From Chiloscyllium plagiosum (Eukaryota): 20,000 nt of DNA. The DNA lies in the NCBI RefSeq assembly GCF_004010195.1, contig NC_057718.1:34749731-34769730 (forward strand), written 5' to 3'. The position numbers were made by a program, and so were the translations under genes. Positions 1 through 10,176 of the stretch are shown in pieces. The stretch's first letter is position 1. Each line of letters begins with the position of its first letter. The notes beneath the pieces were generated by a model. It saw nothing but the letters and a program-made list of their open reading frames with translations. It was not told the DNA's origin and made no database searches.

Positions 1-373
1 ATCTGGGGTTGGGTTGGTTGGGTGAGTTGGGCAGCAGTAGCGTTGCTGTTAATTTGCCTGCTGGTTTAAGTAGCTTGGTGTAGGGTTTCCCTCACAGGAT
101 GCAGAAGGTTAAGTATCACTTGCTTCAGTTTGTTTAAAATAAAAGAAAACAAATGTTGGTATTCTGGGATGTGGCTTACTTCAGTCAATAGTTGACTGTG
201 TGAAAACAAAGCAAGTTATGTATTGGATGTGCCAGCATCACTTCATAGTTCCTTCTACTTAACCCTTTGCCCTCCTTTCAAATTTGTTCACCTCAAGTTC
301 ATTTACTTTAAAGGTACAGTCTGACCATGTGAGCAATCATTCACAGAAACAGGAACTTTTGGAGATACTCTGA

Positions 374-608
374 ATGCTGTGGAGACAGTTAACATTTCAA
401 GTCCAGTGTCCCTTCTTCAGATGCTGTCAGAGCAGTTTCTCCAGCAATTTCTGCTTTTGCGTGTTTCATCTGTTTGTTCACCATCTGTATGAAAACCTAA
501 AGAACTACAGATGCTGTAAATCAGAACCTTCCAAAGAAGGGTCACTGGACCCAAAACACTAACTTTGATTTCTCCTCACTGAGATTTTGCAGCTCCTTCT
601 GTTTTTGC
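374..608. mobile_element. Degraded Penelope-like terminal-repeat fragments in both orientations
   Basis: 387-420 (agttaacatttcaagtccagtgtcccttcttc) is roughly the reverse complement of 535-565 (agaagggtcactggacccaaaacactaact). The agatgctg...ccagcaatttctg motif resembles the other Penelope-like pieces in the window. Confidence 0.6.
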
Positions 609-744
609 TTTATCATCTGTAGTTCTTTGTTTTATTTTCACATTCAGTTGACTTTGTTTCTGGAACGATTAGCTCAGAATTTTCTCTTCAATGTGCTCTA
701 CACTGGTTGACAGGATCCATTTGGGTTTTAATTGAGGCCTTTAC

Positions 745-880
745 CTGAGCAAATCCTAAGAGGAGCATAACAAGGGGATGACTGACTGCTTTTGAACAGC
801 TCTCCCTGCGTTTCGGTGTCCAGGTATCCTCTGTTCATTGCTTCTTCACATACACCACTGAGATCAGAAACTCTTATAAA
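745..880 (-). CDS. Candidate exon 5 of an unidentified minus-strand gene (FIRVSDLSGVCEEAMNRGYLDTETQGELFKSSQSSPCYAPLRICS)
   Basis: ataacag| acceptor (weak pyrimidine tract), CAG|gtaaag donor, 136 nt open, phase 0 start matches the exon at 2046-2097. No homology recognised. Confidence 0.3.
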
Positions 881-898
881 CTGTTATAACCACATGCG

Positions 899-920
899 AA
901 TCTAATCTAATCTAATCTAA
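899..920 (+). repeat. (AATCT)4 microsatellite
   Basis: aatctaatctaatctaatctaa; same unit as the tail of the SINE at 2601-2922. Confidence 0.85.
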
Positions 921-1004
921 TGAAACAATTCATTTAATACAAGCCTTTTGAGTGCAAGTTTACACTTCTATTTTTGCTATGCTTGGATTAATAGCTTCGA
1001 CTTT

Positions 1005-1245
1005 CCTACTTTTACCACATGATTTGCAGGACATCTTAAAATGCTTCTCAGCCAATGAAATACTATTGAAGTTTAGTCACAGTTGCAACATAAGATACAC
1101 AACAACAAATTTAAGCTCAAGACCTAAGACAGTAAGGTGGTAATGGCCAGACACTCTGTTTTAACATTGATGGTTGAGAAATTAGTGTCAGTAGGAGGAA
1201 AACCTTTTTGCTCAACAACATCTTCAGATCAACTAAGGAGGCATT
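1005..1245 (-). mobile_element. Old Deu-domain SINE remnant (AmnSINE1/SacSINE1-like)
   Basis: caggacatcttaaaatgcttctcagccaatgaaatactattgaagtttagtcacagttgcaac...taatggccagacactctgtttta..atggttgag resembles the reverse complement of the recalled AmnSINE1-type 3' half. Boundaries approximate. Confidence 0.6.
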
Positions 1246-1269
1246 TAGCATGCTTGACTCCATTGCTGA

Positions 1270-1874
1270 GAGCATTGAGTAAGGAAGTTGAGACATTATG
1301 TTGAGATTATACAGGACATTGGTGAAGCCTCCTCTGCAGTATTGTGTATGGTTCTTATTGCCCTATGAAGGAAGAATAATATTAAATTGGAGAGAGTTCA
1401 GAAAAGATTTACCAGAACATTGCTGGGACTGGAGGGTTTGAGTTGTAAGGAGAGGTTGGGTAGACTGGAACTTCTTTCACTGGAGAGCAGGAGGTTGAGG
1501 GTGACTTTACAGTGGTTATTACAATCTTAGTGGCATAGATAAGGTGCATAGCAAAGGTCTTTTCCCTCGGGTGGGGGAGTTCAAAACTAGGAGGCATATT
1601 TTTAAGGTGAGGGGAGAAAGATTTAAAAGGGACTTGAGGGACAACTTTTTCACACAGTTTTTGGTTTGAATGTGGAATGAACTGCCAGATGAAGTGGTAG
1701 ATGTAGATGCAGTTACAACATTTAAAACAAACTTGGATGGGTATATGAATAGGAAAGGGTAGAGGAATATGAGCCAAATGCAGGCAAGTGGGAAAGCTTA
1801 GTTTGAGAAACTTGGTCGGCATGGACGAGTTGGACCGAAGGGTCTGTTTCTGTGCTGTATGACTCTATGACTCT
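1270..1874 (+). mobile_element. CR1/HER1-type LINE, 5'-truncated and degenerate 3' fragment
   Basis: Colinear with the younger copy at 2144-3432 (acaggacattggt, LELLSLESRRLRGD-like segment, tggaatgaactgcc), with stop codons. Ends ttggaccgaagggtctgtttctgtgctgt(atgactct)2. Confidence 0.92.
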
Positions 1875-2045
1875 AAGTCTGGGCAACAAATGTAACCTTG
1901 TAACGTTGGTCATAGTCTTAGAACAAAGGTTACCGCTGCTGCAAAGGATGAATAGAAAATCTAGTTTTTATAATTTGCGCCTTTTTCTTGGCTCTTTTAG
2001 AAAACTGGAACTAATGGTGCTCTTCTGAACTTATACCTTACTCAC

Positions 2046-2097
2046 AACGGCGGATATTCCCTTCACAACCCATTCATTTTTCAGAAATCCTCCCAGC
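2046..2097 (-). CDS. Candidate exon 4 of an unidentified minus-strand gene (LGGFLKNEWVVKGISAV)
   Basis: Acceptor ttatctgtacctccccaatcag|, strong donor |gtgagt, 52 nt, phase 2->0, two retained CpGs. Confidence 0.35.
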
Positions 2098-2143
2098 CTG
2101 ATTGGGGAGGTACAGATAAATATACAACACCCACAGAGCTATC

Positions 2144-3432
2144 ATGATTTGGATATGAGCATAAGAGGTACAGTTAATAAGTTTGCAGATGACACCAAAA
2201 TTGGAGGTGAAGTGGACAGCGAAGAGGGTTACCTAGATTACAACAGGATCTTGACCAGATGGGCCAATGGGCTGAGAAGTGGGAGATAGAGTTTAATTCA
2301 GATAAATGCGAGGTGCTGCATTTTGGGAAAGCATATCTTAGCAGGACTTATACATTTAATGGTAAGGCCCTAGGGAGTGTTGCTGAACAAAGAGAGCTTG
2401 GAGTGCAGGTTCATAGCTCCTTGAAAGTGGAGTCGCAGGTAGATAGGATAGTGAAGAAGGCGTTTGGTATGCTTTCCTTTATTGGTCAGAGTATTGAGTA
2501 CAGGAGTTGGGAGGTCATGTTGCAGCTGTACAGGACATTGGTTAGGCCACTGTTGGAAAATTGTATGCAATTCTGGTCTCCTTCCTATTGGAAAGATGTT
2601 TAGATTAGATTAGATTACATTACAGTGTGGAAACAGGCCCTTCGGCCCAACAAGTCCATACCGACCCGCCGAAGCGTAATCCACCCATACCCCTATATTT
2701 ACCCCTTACCTAACACTACGGGCAATTTAGCATGGCCAATTCACCTGACCCTGCACATCTTTTTTTGGACTGTGGGAGGAAACCGGAGCACCCGGAGGAA
2801 ACCCACGCAGACACGGGGAGAACGTGCAAACTCCACACAGTCAGTCGCCTGAGGCGGGAATTGAACCCGGGTCTCAGGCGCTGTGAGGCAGCAGTGCTAA
2901 CCACTGTGCCACCGTGCCGCCCATGTTGTGAAACTTGAAAGGGTTCTGAAAAGATTTACAAGGATGTTGCCAGAGTTGGAAGATCTGAGCTACATGGAGA
3001 GGTTGAACAGGCTGGGGCTGTTTTCCCTGGAACGTCGGAGGCTGAGGGGTGACCTTATAGAGGTTTACAAAATTATGAGGGGCATGGATCGGATAAATAG
3101 ACAAAGTCTTTTCCCTGGGGTTGGGGAGTCCAGAACTAGAGGGCATAGGTTTAGGGTGAGAGGGGAAAGATATAAAAGAGACCTAAGGGGCAACATTTTC
3201 ATGCAGAGGGTTACACGTGTATGGAATGAGCTGCCAGAGGGACTGGCGGAGGCTGGTACAATTGCAACATTTAAGAGGCATTTGGATGGGTATATGAATA
3301 GGGAAGGTTTGGAGGGATATGGGCCGGGTGCTGGCAGGTGGGACTAGATTGGGTTGGAATGTCTGGTCGGCATGGACGGGTTGGACCGAAGGATCTGTTT
3401 CCATGCTGTACATCTCTATGACTCTATGACTC
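2144..3432 (+). mobile_element. Young CR1/HER1-type LINE 3' fragment (RT C-terminal part and 3' UTR), interrupted by a SINE
   Basis: KFADDTK RT motif near 2179-2199; ORFs 2259-2603 and 2928-3347 carry CR1 motifs (LYRTLVRPLLE, LERRRLRGDLIEVYKIM, WNELP); (atgactct)n tail. Confidence 0.96.
2601..2922 (-). mobile_element. Full-length tRNA-derived V-SINE (HE1-like)
   Basis: Pol III A-box TGGCACAGTGG (2911-2901), B-box GGTTCAATTCC (2867-2857), V-domain gtgtggagtttgcacgttctccccgtgtctgcgtgggtttcctccgggtgctccggtttcctccc, LINE-like 3' end, (AATCT)n tail, TSD ATGTT at 2596-2600 and 2923-2927. Confidence 0.95.
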
Positions 3433-4013
3433 GATGAAGCAGCCCCCACCATAGCTGGGATAAGTGGCATTTCATCAAAGGGACTTATTCATGATTTACT
3501 GAGAAATATGAGTGGATAGCAGGAAGTGAACTAATCTTCTATAAGAGTTAAGATGACTTGAATCATTCATACCCATCATTTTAACATTGAGATTAGATTA
3601 TACTCTGAATTGCATTTTGTTCTATTATAATAATGTGGACCAGATGTTGAGCATGTTTGGTGTCAGTTCGTTTTACCATTTTTAGTCAAAGTCCTGTGTG
3701 AGGTGGGTGCTGTGGATAAATTTCATTTTTTTAACATGAGGCAATTCTTTTGCTGTTGGATAAAAATAGCAACTCAAGTGTAACGGATAGTGGTAAAGTG
3801 GGTAACACAAATACTGCCTCATTTCTGAAGAGCCAAGTGCTCTCTAAGATCACATCTTTATGTTGTAGTTACAGTTTCCTGTATACTCAACTTCAAAATT
3901 GTTTCCCTGCTTTTGCTAGCAACAAATGATACTGGTCACACGAGGGTATAAAATGCTCTTGTAAAGATCAGAAGCAATCTGCTCCTTACAGGAAAATTTT
4001 ATTATGTACATAC

Positions 4014-4073
4014 GTCACCTTTAAGTAAAGGTTATTTTGTTCGGGACAGGCGAACACACAATCCTTAACATTC
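4014..4073 (-). CDS. Candidate exon 3 of an unidentified minus-strand gene (NVKDCVFACPEQNNLYLKV-T)
   Basis: cacctgtag| acceptor with an upstream ctgat branch-like site, |gtatgt donor, 60 nt, phase 2->2, compatible with 2046-2097. Confidence 0.3.
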
Positions 4074-5524
4074 CTACAGGTGGTCCATCAGAAATTTGGG
4101 GCAGAACCATTTCCAGCAGATTTTTCCATTTTCTGGTAGCGATGACAAAATCCAACACCAAGGTTACAGATCTCTGTTCTGCCTCTCCTGCATCTAGTTT
4201 GATCTCAGGTAGAAAGTCATGTTCTTCCAATCACTTCCACCATACAGTCAGTTGTAATTTCATCGACATGAATCAATCATACTCATCCAGGAGTTGTGAA
4301 GTGGATTCACAATGCTCCATCAGACTGAGGCAAATAATCTAAAGGTTATTGTAAAGATTGCCATTTGGAAACCTGGGGACCAAGAGCAGAGCATCATTTA
4401 TTGAGTGGCACCATTTAGGTCTGACTGACTTTCTGCCCAGCCACCCTCCATCATCCCCACTAGTGAAAACTTCAAGATGCTGTTTTGAAAATGCAGCTGT
4501 TATTCAAAAACCACTCTGGGTACTTGCCCTACTTAAAAGATGTACATAATGTATTTTCTTGCTGAACAATGCCAGCCATTAGCATTTTTAAATGATAGGA
4601 GCATTTCCATCCATTTGCCAACAAGCCATGTCTCCATCCCAGTCTCTTCCACTGGGATTGGGAGTGGGAAGCGTCAATCAATCAGGTTAGCTGGAGGCTA
4701 AATGGAAAGCCACTAGAACCGAATGGATCATCTGGAATATGTGATGGGAGATGATCAGAACTAACCATCATATTTCACTGTCTTTCAGCATTGCTACAAA
4801 ACTCGAATGTAAAAACAAAACTTTGTTCACTTGATTTCTTAGATTACCAGGTGTAGGAATGGGGCATATGGAGGAAAGTTTGTTGCTTGGGCCTAACTGA
4901 TCAGGCCTGAGGCTGTCCATTGCATCTCATAACAATTTCTGCAAAGCAAAGTACTGACAAAGTGTTGGGAAATACAAGGTCATGTCACAGGGACCCTGTG
5001 GTAAGTGGGTGCCAAGATCAAGTGAAGATTCTGGGCAGGGTTCAGGTCAGGGAACATGTCTATGATCAGGCAAGGATGAGTGTTAATGAATCATGGGAAC
5101 AAGGAACCATCAGCAACTGAGGATCAAAAGAAGAGATAAATGCCAGAGTAGGGATCTAGGGATTAGAAATTTGGGAGATGCATATGAGAAATGTATTCCT
5201 GCTCCCATTGTCTGGACAATTCACACCCACTCATGCTCCCAAGGTTTCTCCCCCAACCACCATCCCTTGCAGAGTACTTCCTAATTTTTACCTGATAGTT
5301 GGTCATGCTGTGTGATAATTTCCTTTACTGGGCAGCTGAGAGGGCCACCAGCTGTTCCACATTTTCATGAATTACGTAGACCTACCTGCCCCAAACATGT
5401 ATTATAACATGTCTCAAGCAGTCAATTAAAAACTATCCACATTCTTGGTTGGCAAGTGATCCTTGTGGCTGCTCTTTGCTGAGTGTAGAAAGCAATGATT
5501 TAGGCCGCCTCAGTGACAGAACAC

Positions 5525-5638
5525 CTCAAATAGTCATTACGCCCTTTGCGTGCATATAGACAAAGTCCGAATAGCTTCAGTTGTGGGTAACAGACATCTT
5601 TTTCTCCTCTTCCAATGTCAAAAGTGAGTATAAAGGAG
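5525..5638 (-). CDS. Candidate exon 2 of an unidentified minus-strand gene (SFILTFDIGRGEKDVCYPQLKLFGLCLYARKGRNDYL)
   Basis: Good acceptor tatcttttattcacag|; one open frame; donor ambiguous (weak GAG|gtgttc ending at 5525, or GGC|gtaatg ending at 5541); several CpGs. Confidence 0.3.
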
Positions 5639-6967
5639 CTGTGAATAAAAGATATAGATACCTAGAGAGTAACTAACATGGATTGATAAAGTGATTTTGT
5701 TCCTGGTGCTGGATTAATGGGACATAATTCCTCCCTAAGGACTCCTGCAACTGTGGACCTTTATCAAAGATTTGTCAGCCAACTCCTTGATCAGCAGTAC
5801 CAACTTCCAGGTCTATGATCTCTAAGGACATTTTTGTGGATATGATTGAGAAATCTTAGGCAGATTTGTACTGTTTGAGATGCAGCATATCATCATTGAG
5901 ATGCTAAATGCAGAAATGTGTGTTTTTTTCAAATTCAGTGGGAAAGACATTTCTGCAGGTAAGGGACTTCATGGTTCAGACTAGATGGAGTCCCTAATCC
6001 ACTCATCAATAAAGAGTTCAATGGCCCATTCCTTCCAGGAGGTCCACAGCCACACTGGCTATCCTAATAAGAATGCTAGGCTGACTCACCATGTTGCCAG
6101 CTCTCTCACAGGGCCTGGATGCAAATCTGAAATGACAAAGGCCATAAAAATCCTGCCTTATCGATGTGGCATGGATTCTCTAGTCCCAATGACCACTGGC
6201 CCACAAGCAGGAAGTGTCCTTCTATTGACTTGGTGACCTGTACATTTAATACTGGGGCATGGCTCAGCTGGCTGCAAAATGCCAATGTGGCCTCGAGGTC
6301 ACCTCCTAATGGGTTACTTTAAATGACTGACCACCTACAAGGAGCAAACAGTTGATTCTATTCCCAGTCTGACCTGAGAAAGCTCACTGTTAGCAGGAAT
6401 GCATTGAGGGTCTGTTCTTTTACAGTTTTCACTTAATTCCTATCTACCCTTTCCACCACTGCACCATCGTGGGCTGTGAAAGTTCAGCCCATTGACATTA
6501 GGTCTCTCAATTACCCCCGCAGGCCATTCCTTCTGCCAATGAACAAAGCATGAGGGAGGTGGTGGCAATTAGATGAAAGAAACACTTTAGATTGTATAGG
6601 GGAGATTTTTGGCATCAATGTGCTGAATGGCTTTTTCTACTCTGCAACAGTTCTGTGTGTAATCTGGAAACTGTGTGATATTAAAATCCAAAGATGAGTA
6701 TTGCCATCAGTAGCCATATTTGCATAGAAGGAAAGGCCGCTAGGGCAAGTCTATAGGATGCTGCATTCCAAAAGCATTATACCTGAAGGTGGTGCCTGTA
6801 AGCATAATATAAAGATGAGTTAGAACAGTGCTCCGTGCTTGAATGGAAAGTTTCTCTTAGTTCAAACATGTAAAAACTGGATTTGAGTTTAACAGAAAAA
6901 CACATAGTTTGAAACACTTTCAACATTTCATATACATTGGAGTGCTACAATGTAAATGAGGTGTTAC

Positions 6968-7039
6968 CATTGCCTGAGGTAGCTCAGAATATCAACGAGT
7001 CTTTTGTTCCCAAACCACTCAGGACACAAATATAAGCAG
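6968..7039 (-). CDS. Candidate exon 1 (in window) of an unidentified minus-strand gene (CLYLCPEWFGNKRLVDILSYLRQ)
   Basis: gtttatgcag| acceptor, ATG|gtaaca donor, 72 nt, phase 2->2, compatible with the acceptor at 5638. Confidence 0.25.
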
Positions 7040-7320
7040 CTGCATAAACATTAACGGTAATTGTAAATAAAAAGAGCAATGCTGCTTTCACATTGATGGA
7101 GTGTAGTAATCTTGTCCCTGGACTGGAGCAAGTCCACAGCCACAAATTGGAAATGCACAGACATGATTTTAAACCAACTGTGGGCTGCTGACTTACTGTA
7201 ATCCCTCCAATGTTTACCCCTCTCCTCCCCAAAGGAAGAACCAATTGAAAGAGTTGAACAGAGTGTGTGAGTGAACCAAGCAATCGCAGAAAAATTTAAT
7301 GCTGTCATAAAGTATTGCAT

Positions 7321-7662
7321 CATCTACCAGGCCCACTGTCAAGGAAGGCCGACAGCATTCTCAAAGATCCATCCCACCCTGGTAATGCTTTTCTACAATC
7401 TCTACCATCGGGGAGAAGGTACAGAAGCCTGAACACAGGCACCAGCCAGTTTTGTAACAGTTTCTACCTACTGTTGTTAGAATACTGAATGGACTCACAA
7501 ATTCTTAGCATTCACCTATACCTGTGTTTTGGTTTTTGCAGCTGTTTACCTATTACTTACTTATCTATACTATTTAACGATTTGATCTGCCTGTATCATT
7601 CACAAGACAAAGCTTTTCACTGTGCCTTGGTACACGTGACAATAAGTTCAATTCAATTCAAT
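7321..7662 (+). mobile_element. Rex1/Babar-type LINE 3' end
   Basis: Translates as ..SILKDPSHPGNAFLQSLPSGRRYRSLNTGTSQFCNSFY.., the typical Rex1 RT C-terminus. 3' UTR ends acacgtgacaataag(ttcaa)3. Confidence 0.88.
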
Positions 7663-7872
7663 GTAAGTGTGTCACTGCATCCAGGTCCCACCGCAGTACA
7701 GGACTGTGGTGATGACAACTGCTTTCTACACATGGACTTCTGTTGAATTATGAAGGTCACTGTTGTTAAAATCACTGCTTTCATCTGTAGAAGGCTAGGC
7801 TAACACAGCTCATCTGGTGTTGGACCTCCTTGTCATGAGGGATCATGATGACTGCCAAGGTATGGGAGGTAG

Positions 7873-7999
7873 GCGAAAGTGAGTACTGCAGATGCTGGTG
7901 ATTAGAGTCAAGAGTGTAGTGTTGGAAAAGCGCAGCAGGTCAAGCAGCATCTGAGGAGCAGGGGAATTGATGTTTCGGGCAAAAGGCTTTCATCAGAAA
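7873..7999 (-). mobile_element. Penelope-like terminal fragment
   Basis: Reverse complement reads ctgatgaaagccttttgcccgaaacatc...gatgctgcttgacctgctgcgcttttcca...ccagcatctgcagtactcactttc; homologous to 9657-9736. Confidence 0.8.
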
Positions 8000-8099
8000 G
8001 GTATGAGAGGTGCCCAACATATTCCAGAGTTTTTCCTTCAATATATATGTAGGAGCTGGACAACGTGGCTAACCAAGTGTGGATTGATATACCAGTCAC

Positions 8100-8352
8100 T
8101 CAGAATGGTGACAGCTCGATCATCAAGCTGCATCACACTTTGAGAATGTCTGAATAATAATGGACAGACTTTGCAGGAAAAAGAAGGAAAAGGAAAAAAA
8201 TCTTGCACTTGGGATCCCATTTCTTAGTTTGTGATTTATGCATCTAAAGATTGTCAAAAATTGACCTGTTCAGTCACATGAAGACCAAAGGCAGAAACTT
8301 TTGACCCAGAATAGATGTCATCCTCGAACCAGGGGACAACCAATAATGATGA
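8100..8352 (+). mobile_element. Degraded RTE-type LINE 3' end
   Basis: HQAASHFEN, a basic KRRKRKK tract and a decayed CDLC...LFSHMKT zinc finger, followed by tcatcctcgaac and a taatgatgat tail. Confidence 0.55.
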
Positions 8353-9632
8353 TAGCATATATGAGTTGAAAAAATGAGGGATATGCAAAAAACATGATTG
8401 GTGCTGTAATGGCTATACAGAAATAAAAGAGATCCAAGAGATTATAAAAGAAAAGATATAAATACAAGTTATTTTACTCTTTTTTTCTTGTGAGTTATAA
8501 TTGCAACTTTCATTCTCCTGATAAAAAGGACTCATGAACTGTACATGAACTAGTCAATAGAACCTATTTGAATTGGTTGAAAAGCCTTAATTCCTCTGTT
8601 TCTACTTGATACTGCCTTGTACATTTGACTTCAATCCTCACATTTTGAGCGTTAAGAAGGTTTAGAGATCAGGTCATTGTTGCTAATCCTTCTCCTTAAC
8701 AGCCCTGTCTCAAAACTTAGAATTTTCAGTCAATTATCTTTGCTGTGGAGTAGTTATATGTTGAACCAGTGAGTGTATCTCTCCTATCATATGCACCCTC
8801 CCACCCCTATATATGAAACACTGCCTTCAGATATGTAAAACCTGATAATCAAAAGCTATGCAAAATACATAGCTATGAGGTCATGAAATAAGAAGTACAG
8901 AGGAATTTGTATTTATACAAATATACATTTCACCACTTGATCAAAATAATAACTTACAGCTCCATTGATAACTTTGTGCTGCTTCCACTGACTCTATTCC
9001 AATCCCTGTTTCATGTTGAATAAGTCAATTAACAACTTTAACATTCTACTCAAGCAGAAGCTATATTAAACTCATATCTTCTCCATTATAAAGTCAGTCT
9101 ATTTTCAGCTTCATAACATTGTCCAACTTTTTTTTTAACCCTCTCTACCGATTGCTAAAATACACATCCAGTCCTTTGACTCCTTCAATGCAATTGATGA
9201 GCTTCTGGTCACTCTGTAGATTCCACTATAAACTGAAATCCTTTCAAACTTCTGCTACACATATCCTATTCCATACCAGGTCACACTCACCTTTGATCCT
9301 TTGAAGGTATATGTTGGCTTCAGGTTCTCAATGCTTCAAATTTAAAATTGGTTAGGCCAAGATTTATTATCCACCATAATTGCTGTTGAGAAGGTGGTGA
9401 TGAGCTGCTTTCAAAAATGGCTGCATTCCATGAATACAGTTAGAGAGAGAGTTCCCAGAGTTTCAGCCAACAACTCTGAAAAAATGGTGATGTATTTCCA
9501 GATCAGGATGGTCTCTGGCTTGGAGAGAACTTGCAGAAAATGGCATTCCTCATGTACCTGCTGTCCTTTCCCTTTCAAATGGTAGAATTTTAGAAGGTGT
9601 TGTCAAAGGAACCTGGGCAAGTTGCTGCACCA

Positions 9633-9736
9633 CGTCTGGCAGCTTCCGAGGAGCAAGATGCTGCCTGGCCTGCTGCGCTTTTCCAGCATAACACTTTTCA
9701 ACTCTGGTCTCCAGCATCTGCAGTCCTCACTTTCTC
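9633..9736 (+). mobile_element. Short Penelope-like insertion with a 15-bp target duplication
   Basis: gatgctgcctggcctgctgcgcttttccagc...ccagcatctgcagtcctcactttctc, flanked by caagttg(c/t)tgcacca at 9618-9632 and 9737-9751. Confidence 0.8.
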
Positions 9737-10176
9737 CAAGTTGTTGCACCATATCTTGTACGTTATACACACTGCTGCTACTGTGGTTTGGGTTGGGGAG
9801 AACCAATGTTTAAGATGGTGGATGAAGTGTCTATCAGGCAGGTTGCTTTGTCCTGGATTGAGCCAGGTTTTTTGAGTGTTAGAGTAGGATTCATCTAGAT
9901 TAGTGATAAGTGTTTCATCACATTCCTAATTTGTGCCTCATCATTGGTAGACAGGCTTTGGGGAGACTGGTAGTGAGTTACTTGACACAGAATTCCTAAT
10001 CACTGACCTGCTCTTGTAAACATTGTGTTTATATAACCGGACAAGTTCAGTTTCTGGTCAATGGCAAACCCCCAAGACATTAATAGCAGTAGGTTCAACA
10101 ATGGTAATGCCATTGCATGGCAAAGTGAGATGGTTAGATTCCCTCTTATAGAGATGGCCATTTTCTGCACTTGTGT

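Noticed and set aside
2850..2922. tRNA-like sequence
   Set aside because: It is the SINE head, continuous with the V-domain and tail; not a tRNA gene.
1409..3470. Minus-strand ORFs (1409-1822, 1722-1913, 2370-2570, 2874-3146, 3183-3470) and SINE ORFs 2625-2938
   Set aside because: Antisense or off-frame readings of CR1 and SINE sequence; similar peptides recur at 10197-10850.
4021..4372. ORF 4021-4230 frame as a long pseudogene exon (FPNGNLYNNL*..)
   Set aside because: Has TAG, two TGA and TAA; no recognisable homolog; cannot be preferred over the other frames.
4860..6490. Possible old MITE/DNA-transposon remnants (end motif gaaagttcagccc near 6478-6490) and short ORFs
   Set aside because: No partner TIR or transposase motif found; too degraded to call.
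7051..7323. Minus ORF with a strong gtaagt donor at 7191-7196
   Set aside because: Phase is incompatible with the open frame of the exon at 6968-7039; no homology recognised.
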